The translations under genes and the position numbers were made by a program. The notes under the pieces are model-generated. The model saw only the letters and a list, made by a program, of their open reading frames with translations, ran no database searches and was not told the origin of the DNA. A stretch of DNA of 64,000 nucleotides from positions 8-64,007 of the forward strand of contig JBNKBE010000008.1 in assembly GCA_050287085.1 (NCBI GenBank), written 5' to 3'. This stretch comes from Polyangiaceae bacterium. GTDB taxonomy: Bacteria > Myxococcota_A > Polyangia > Polyangiales > Polyangiaceae. Positions 58,886 to 64,000 of the stretch are shown piece by piece (within the stretch, counting starts at the first letter, position 1; each line of letters starts with the position of its first letter).

Positions 58886-61800
58886 CTACTCCGGCTTGCG
58901 CGTCTCGAGGATGTGGAATTCCACGCGTCGGTTGTTCTGCCGACCCTCGGCGCTAGTGTTGTCGTCCACCGGACGATCAGGACCGAAGCCCTGGGCGACC
59001 AAGCGCTCGCGACCGATCCCGTGCTGGACCAACCAGTCCACAACCGCCAGCGCGCGGCGCTCGCTCAGTCCCCGGTTGTGGGCGCGAGAGCCACGATTGT
59101 CCGTATGCCCTTCGACCCGGATGCGCGTCAGCTGTGGATTCTCCCTCAGCACATCGCGCACGGCCTCTAGGATTTCGTCACTCTCCGGTCGAATCGTGGC
59201 CTTGTTCGTATCGAACTCGATGCGATCGAGGATCACCACGCGCTCGGTGGTCACCTGTACGCGAGGACAGCCGTTCTTCTTGGGATCGGGATCCGGCTTG
59301 CCTGCTTCGTCGGGACAGGCATCGTCCTCGTCCAGGATTTGATCACCGTCTCGATCCTTGGGAGGCGGACAGCCGTGCTTGGCCTTGTCCTCGTTGGGCT
59401 CGCCCTTCTCGCGCACGCACGCGTCGACCTTGTCGATGATGCCGTCGCCATCCGTGTCGGGACAGCCATTGGTCTCCGGGTCGTCCGTAGCGGGCCCTTC
59501 GTCGTTCACGCAGGCATCTTCGTCGTCGATGATGCCATCGCCGTCGGTATCCTTGGGCTTCTCGGGGCAGCCGTGAAGGGTCGGGTCATCGCTGGCAACA
59601 CCCGGCACGTCTGGACAGGCGTCGTCGGGATCGTAGATGCCGTCACCATCGCGATCGCTAGGGGGCGGGGGAGGTGGAGCCGGCTTCACGATGTCGGGAG
59701 CCCATTCGAGCGACGCGACCATCCGGACGCGTGGGCTGCCGAGACCCGTCGTAAAGCCAGGGCCAGCTCCGGCGCCTAGGCGAAAGTCTCCGGCACGGTA
59801 GTGCAGACCCAATAGCCCCTCAAACGGCGTCGTGGCTTCGTCCAAGAAGCCGCCGAAAGCGTCAGAGACCACGGCATGGGTCCAAAGCTCGGGGCCGATG
59901 AGCAGCTTCTTGTCCAAGAGCCGTAGACCAGCAGAAACGCCGAACTGGAGATCTGTGCCGAAGGCTTCGCCGACGAAGTTTTCTCGCCGAGTGTGGATGT
60001 TGAGGCCAGCCCGCGCACTATAGGCGAAGATCCCCACGTCGCCGGCAAGGGCCAAGCGCGGGACGATGCGAACTTTGCCGTCGCTAGTGTACGCTTCTTG
60101 GCGGCCCGTGGGAAAGAACGCCTGGGCGCCGATGGCCATGGTGGCGGCGTCGCCATATTCTCCAAAGAGGCGGAGGTCAGCACCGAAGCGTAGATCTCCG
60201 ACGCCACCGCTGCGATCGGCACGGTAAATCGCGTTGTCGAAGCGTGCTTGCGCACCGCGCTGATAGGCCAGAATCGGCAGATTGAGTCCGAGTCGGAGGC
60301 GGTCAGCGATGGTGACGGCTGCGCCCAGGTGAGCGAATACCTGGTGTCGCACGACTGCACGGAGCTCATCGCCCGCTGCATCGTAGGCCACCAGCGGCTT
60401 GTACGCCCAGTCTCCTGTGATGCCCAAGGCCCAGCGCCCGCTGCCTCGCAGGTCGAGCGACTCGGCCCAGAACCAATCACTGCCGCGTTCCGCCGGGTCA
60501 AAGCGGTTGAGTGCTATGCCGGAGGGCTGGGCGGCAGCGGGGGGTGAACCCAGGGTCGCCAATGCGGTCATGAATAAGGCGAGGAACAACGCTCCGCCCC
60601 TGGCCGTTCGCGCCTTAGAGCGAGCAGGGCCTACTCGGCGCCGAGCCCAGACGCTGGCGGCCAAGCCGAGCAGCACAAGGCTGGGAGCCCAGGGCGTGCC
60701 GCCATGGGTTGGCGTTTGTACGGCGCACCGGAACCCGCCGCCTTTCAATGCTCCCGCTTGCTCGTAGACCACCTCGGAGTTGTCGTTCGGATCGAGGTAG
60801 TCCGGCGTGCCGTCGTCGTCGGTGTCTTTCGGCTTCGCGGGGTTGGCTCCCAGCTCGACCGAAGTACTCTTGCCGTCGCCATCGTCATCGGTATCGAGAT
60901 AGTCGGGGGTACCGTCGTCGTCGGTGTCCTGGGGGTTGGCTGAATCCGGACCGAGCTCGTCGATCGTTGGCTTGCGATCACCGTCATCGTCGGTATCGAG
61001 ATAGTCGGGGGTACCGTCGTCGTCGGTGTCTTGAGGCTTCTTGCCGTCGCCGAGCTCGTCTTGGGTCGGTACGCCATCGCCGTCGTCGTCGGTGTCGAGG
61101 TAATCCGGGGTGCCGTCGTCGTTGGTGTCTTGAGGCTTCTTGCCGTCACCGAGCTCGTCTTGGGTCGGTACGCCATCGCCGTCGTCGTCGGTGTCGAGGT
61201 AGTCCGGGGTACCGTCTCCGTCAGTGTCCCGACATTGAGTCATGTCGGGGCATTCATCGGCGTCGCTGAGCCCGTCGTCGTCAGTGTCCGGGCCGGAGGC
61301 GGCCTCGAGATAGTCGGGGACGCCGTTCTCATCGGCATCTCCGTTGTTGTCTCCGCTAGCCTCTTCGCCATCGCCGATTCCGTCGCCGTCAGCGTCCGTA
61401 TCGAGCCAATTGACGTCGCCGTCGTCGTCGACGTCGCCGCCATAGTCGATCGCGTCTTCGATCTCGGTCCGCGTTGGCAGTCCGTCCTCGTCATCGTCGG
61501 TATCGAGATAGTCAGCGGCGCCGTCGCCGTCGGTATCACGGGGCTCCTCACCCTGGCCGAGCTCGTCCCGCGTGAACAAGCCATCGTCGTCGTCGTCGGT
61601 GTCGAGATAGTCGGGGGTGTCGTCGTTGTCGGAATCCTGGGGAGCCTCGCCGTCGCCGAGTTCGTCTTGGGTGAGCACGCCGTCGCCGTCGTCGTCTTCA
61701 TCTTCCCAGTCGGGGGTGCCGTCACCGTCCGTGTCAGGGCAGTCCGCCATGTCGGGACACTCAATGATGTCGATCACGCCGTCGCCGTCGGTATCGATGT

Positions 61801-64000
61801 GATCAGCAGCCTGCAAGTAGTCGGGGATGCCGTCGTCATTGCGATCCCCGTCGCCCTGAGACTCCACCCTGTCGGAGGCGCCATCGCCATCGCTATCGGT
61901 GTCGAGCCAGTTGACGTCGCCGTCGTCATCTACGTCGTTGCCGAACGTTGCGCCGTCCTCTCGCTCCGTTCGGGTCGGAATGGTATCACCATCGTCATCC
62001 GGGTCGAGGTAGTCGGGAGCGTCGTCGCCGTCGCTGTTGCGCGGCGAGTCAGAGTTTGGTCCGAGCTCCTGAATCGTTGGGATCCCGTCGCCGTCGTCGT
62101 CCGGATCGTTCACATCCGGAGTCCCATCTTGGTCGCTGTCCGGGCAGTTGTTGGCGTCGGGGCACTCTGCGCTATCGCTCAGGCTGTCCCCGTCGGCATC
62201 ACCTGGCACGGGATCGGGCGGCTCGAGGTAATCCGGAACGAAGTTGTCGTTGTCGTCGCTCCGGCCTTCGGTCGCGTCGTCGATGCCATCGCCATCGCTG
62301 TCGGTGTCAAGCCAGTTGACGTCGCCGTCGTTGTCCTGGTCGTTGTTGCCGCGCGCCGTAGCGTCTTCGATTTCGTCTTCGGTGAGCAGGCCGTCACCGT
62401 CGTCGTCGCTGTCGAGATAGTCGGGCGTGCCGTTGCCATCGCTGTCTTGGGCGTCGGCGACGTCGCCATCGCCGTTGGCGTCAGGTGCCTCGTCTTCGGT
62501 GAGCAGGCCATCGCCGTCGTCGTCGTCGTCGAGATAGTCGGGCGTGCCGTCGTCATCGGTGTCCTGCGCCATCGGGGTGCCGCTGCCGTCGCCCGCACCC
62601 TCCGCGGCCGTCGGAACACCATCGCCATCGTCGTCTTCATCCAGGTAGTCGGGAACGCCGTTGCCATCGGTATCGCGGGCGTCGCTCGGATCGCCGTCGC
62701 CGTTTGGATCGGAACCTTCCAGCGCAGTCGGGATCCCATCTCCGTCGTCGTCGACATCGAAAACATCCGCCGTGGAATCAGCGTCGCTGTCCTGGGGGAT
62801 TCCGGACTCCGCGGCTTCGTCACCATCCGTCAGGCCGTCACCGTCTGTATCGGGGTTGTCAAAGACCGAGCCAATTTCGCATTCGCGCCCGTTGCTCAGG
62901 CCGTCGGCGTCTTCGTCTTCTGCGGGCAGGTACACGGTGAAGGCGACGTCTGCGAAGGTTTGATCGCCGAACACCCACGTGTCGATGAAGGCTTGTTCGC
63001 CCGGGCCGTTGTAGGTGAAGCCGCCGAGATCATTGCCAATCCAGCTGTGCCGATTGGCCGGAGAGGTGACGCCGTCGGGCAAGGGGCGCTCGGGCGTTGC
63101 AGGCGTGCCCCCGTTGGTGTTGTTCAAGCGCGAGTCATCCCAGTAGATCTGGGTCGCCGATTCCGCGAGCGTCCCCGGTTCGACCAGAGTCACGGCAATA
63201 CCGGGCGACAGTGACTCCACGTCGCTGGCCGTGAAGTGAAACTCCCCGGTCCGGAGGTAAAGCCTCGCCGCGTACGGGCTTCCGGCGGCCGGCAAGGGGA
63301 CGCCGCCTGCGTCGTTGCCATCCCACGTCACCTTGTTGAGCCCGGCGCTGGCGACCCCCTGGATGACCACATCACCTTCGGCTGGGTCAAAGGTGCCGTT
63401 GGCCGTTGCGTCGATCACCAGCTCGTAGGTCGCCGGCAGACTCGAATCGAATTCGAAGCTGCCCCCAACGCCTTGCAGTACCGCTCCGCAATCGCCGATC
63501 CCGCGAAAGTTCAGCTGCGGCGCCTGGGGTTGCGCTTTGATAGAGTGTGGGGCGCTCAGGTAGAGCGGAAAGTCGGCGAGAGTGGGGCAGAAGGCAAAGC
63601 CGCTCGGTGCAGGGTCGGTGCCCACCGCCGCGTTCACCTCCGCGAACGTGCGGCTCGAACGGGCCAGGTCACCGGGTAGCCCCAAGGTGCTTGCTGTCAG
63701 GCACATATTGCCCCCCTGAAGACCCTCGAAGTCGAGCTTCCAGAGGTACTCTGTGTCGGCGCTCACGGGCGCCCTGACGAAGAATGCGAAGCCGCGGGGA
63801 GCGGCGCCCGGAAGGGAGGTCAAGAAGCGCCAGTCCCGCGAATACAGTCGCCCTCCGCCAGCGGGCGTTGCTGCCGTATCGATCGGTGTTGCTGCGCTCG
63901 GGGCTTGGGGCGTGACCGATATGTCGAAGGGCTCCACGTCGCTGCCGAATTGCACCTTGTAGGTTCCGGGCGTGACCGGGACCGACAAGGGCGTAACGCC
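58886..64000 (-). CDS. Large surface protein (5' end outside window): beta-rich domains, Asp-rich TSP3-like repeats, internal MYXO-CTERM, second signal peptide, outer-membrane beta-barrel, TSP3 repeats, OmpA C-terminal domain
   Basis: Frame open from 64000; many DTDGDG.PDYLD repeats; GGGFRC...RRR; barrel strands; IEFDTNKA..., EGHTD, LSERRA, NRRVEF. Confidence 0.9.
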   Translation of the reverse strand, partial: GVTPLSVPVTPGTYKVQFGSDVEPFDISVTPQAPSAATPIDTAATPAGGGRLYSRDWRFLTSLPGAAPRGFAFFVRAPVSADTEYLWKLDFEGLQGGNMCLTASTLGLPGDLARSSRTFAEVNAAVGTDPAPSGFAFCPTLADFPLYLSAPHSIKAQPQAPQLNFRGIGDCGAVLQGVGGSFEFDSSLPATYELVIDATANGTFDPAEGDVVIQGVASAGLNKVTWDGNDAGGVPLPAAGSPYAARLYLRTGEFHFTASDVESLSPGIAVTLVEPGTLAESATQIYWDDSRLNNTNGGTPATPERPLPDGVTSPANRHSWIGNDLGGFTYNGPGEQAFIDTWVFGDQTFADVAFTVYLPAEDEDADGLSNGRECEIGSVFDNPDTDGDGLTDGDEAAESGIPQDSDADSTADVFDVDDDGDGIPTALEGSDPNGDGDPSDARDTDGNGVPDYLDEDDDGDGVPTAAEGAGDGSGTPMAQDTDDDGTPDYLDDDDDGDGLLTEDEAPDANGDGDVADAQDSDGNGTPDYLDSDDDGDGLLTEDEIEDATARGNNDQDNDGDVNWLDTDSDGDGIDDATEGRSDDNDNFVPDYLEPPDPVPGDADGDSLSDSAECPDANNCPDSDQDGTPDVNDPDDDGDGIPTIQELGPNSDSPRNSDGDDAPDYLDPDDDGDTIPTRTEREDGATFGNDVDDDGDVNWLDTDSDGDGASDRVESQGDGDRNDDGIPDYLQAADHIDTDGDGVIDIIECPDMADCPDTDGDGTPDWEDEDDDGDGVLTQDELGDGEAPQDSDNDDTPDYLDTDDDDDGLFTRDELGQGEEPRDTDGDGAADYLDTDDDEDGLPTRTEIEDAIDYGGDVDDDGDVNWLDTDADGDGIGDGEEASGDNNGDADENGVPDYLEAASGPDTDDDGLSDADECPDMTQCRDTDGDGTPDYLDTDDDGDGVPTQDELGDGKKPQDTNDDGTPDYLDTDDDGDGVPTQDELGDGKKPQDTDDDGTPDYLDTDDDGDRKPTIDELGPDSANPQDTDDDGTPDYLDTDDDGDGKSTSVELGANPAKPKDTDDDGTPDYLDPNDNSEVVYEQAGALKGGGFRCAVQTPTHGGTPWAPSLVLLGLAASVWARRRVGPARSKARTARGGALFLALFMTALATLGSPPAAAQPSGIALNRFDPAERGSDWFWAESLDLRGSGRWALGITGDWAYKPLVAYDAAGDELRAVVRHQVFAHLGAAVTIADRLRLGLNLPILAYQRGAQARFDNAIYRADRSGGVGDLRFGADLRLFGEYGDAATMAIGAQAFFPTGRQEAYTSDGKVRIVPRLALAGDVGIFAYSARAGLNIHTRRENFVGEAFGTDLQFGVSAGLRLLDKKLLIGPELWTHAVVSDAFGGFLDEATTPFEGLLGLHYRAGDFRLGAGAGPGFTTGLGSPRVRMVASLEWAPDIVKPAPPPPPPSDRDGDGIYDPDDACPDVPGVASDDPTLHGCPEKPKDTDGDGIIDDEDACVNDEGPATDDPETNGCPDTDGDGIIDKVDACVREKGEPNEDKAKHGCPPPKDRDGDQILDEDDACPDEAGKPDPDPKKNGCPRVQVTTERVVILDRIEFDTNKATIRPESDEILEAVRDVLRENPQLTRIRVEGHTDNRGSRAHNRGLSERRALAVVDWLVQHGIGRERLVAQGFGPDRPVDDNTSAEGRQNNRRVEFHILETRKPE
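60790..62860 (-). repeat. Coding array of Asp-rich Ca-binding (TSP3-like) repeats, including a near-identical 99-bp duplication
   Basis: Repeated D.DGDG.PD(Y/W)LD.DDD.DG units; DNA at about 61025-61123 recurs at about 61124-61216 with few mismatches. Confidence 0.85.

Noticed and set aside
60790..62860. Possible CRISPR array or non-coding repeat
   Set aside because: Repeats are in-frame, degenerate at third positions and have no spacer structure; no cas genes.
61031..63214. 727-aa plus-strand Val-rich ORF
   Set aside because: Antisense shadow of the Asp-rich repeat gene (GAC read as GTC).

Overview
High-GC bacterial chromosome segment, most likely from a myxobacterium (Polyangiaceae/Sorangiineae-like). 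This is inferred from MYXO-CTERM tags, a TraB-like OmpA barrel, a Hanks kinase, Pro-rich proteins and the mevalonate pathway. It carries a mevalonate/isoprenoid cluster (class II HMG-CoA reductase, mevalonate kinase, phosphomevalonate kinase, mvaD, type 2 IPP isomerase, prenyl synthase; no HMG-CoA synthase in the window). Housekeeping genes are trpF, cysS, valS, ruvB, metK, dtd and tRNA-Thr(CGT). It also has amt and a P-II gene, several signalling loci, an MBOAT/SGNH O-acylation pair and surface proteins. I saw no mobile element or CRISPR array. The best leads are: (1) one ORF that joins a repeat-rich surface protein, an internal MYXO-CTERM tag, a second signal peptide and a TraB-like barrel/OmpA protein, an apparent polyprotein; (2) a structured metK leader with alternative SD/anti-SD pairings, a candidate SAM riboswitch; (3) a coupled histidine kinase/pseudokinase pair behind a Ser/Thr kinase; (4) a switch-like cysS leader with tandem Cys codons; (5) a GAAAC-n6-GAAAC motif shared by the amt and P-II upstream regions. 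All calls come from reading motifs by eye; no searches or folding programs were run.
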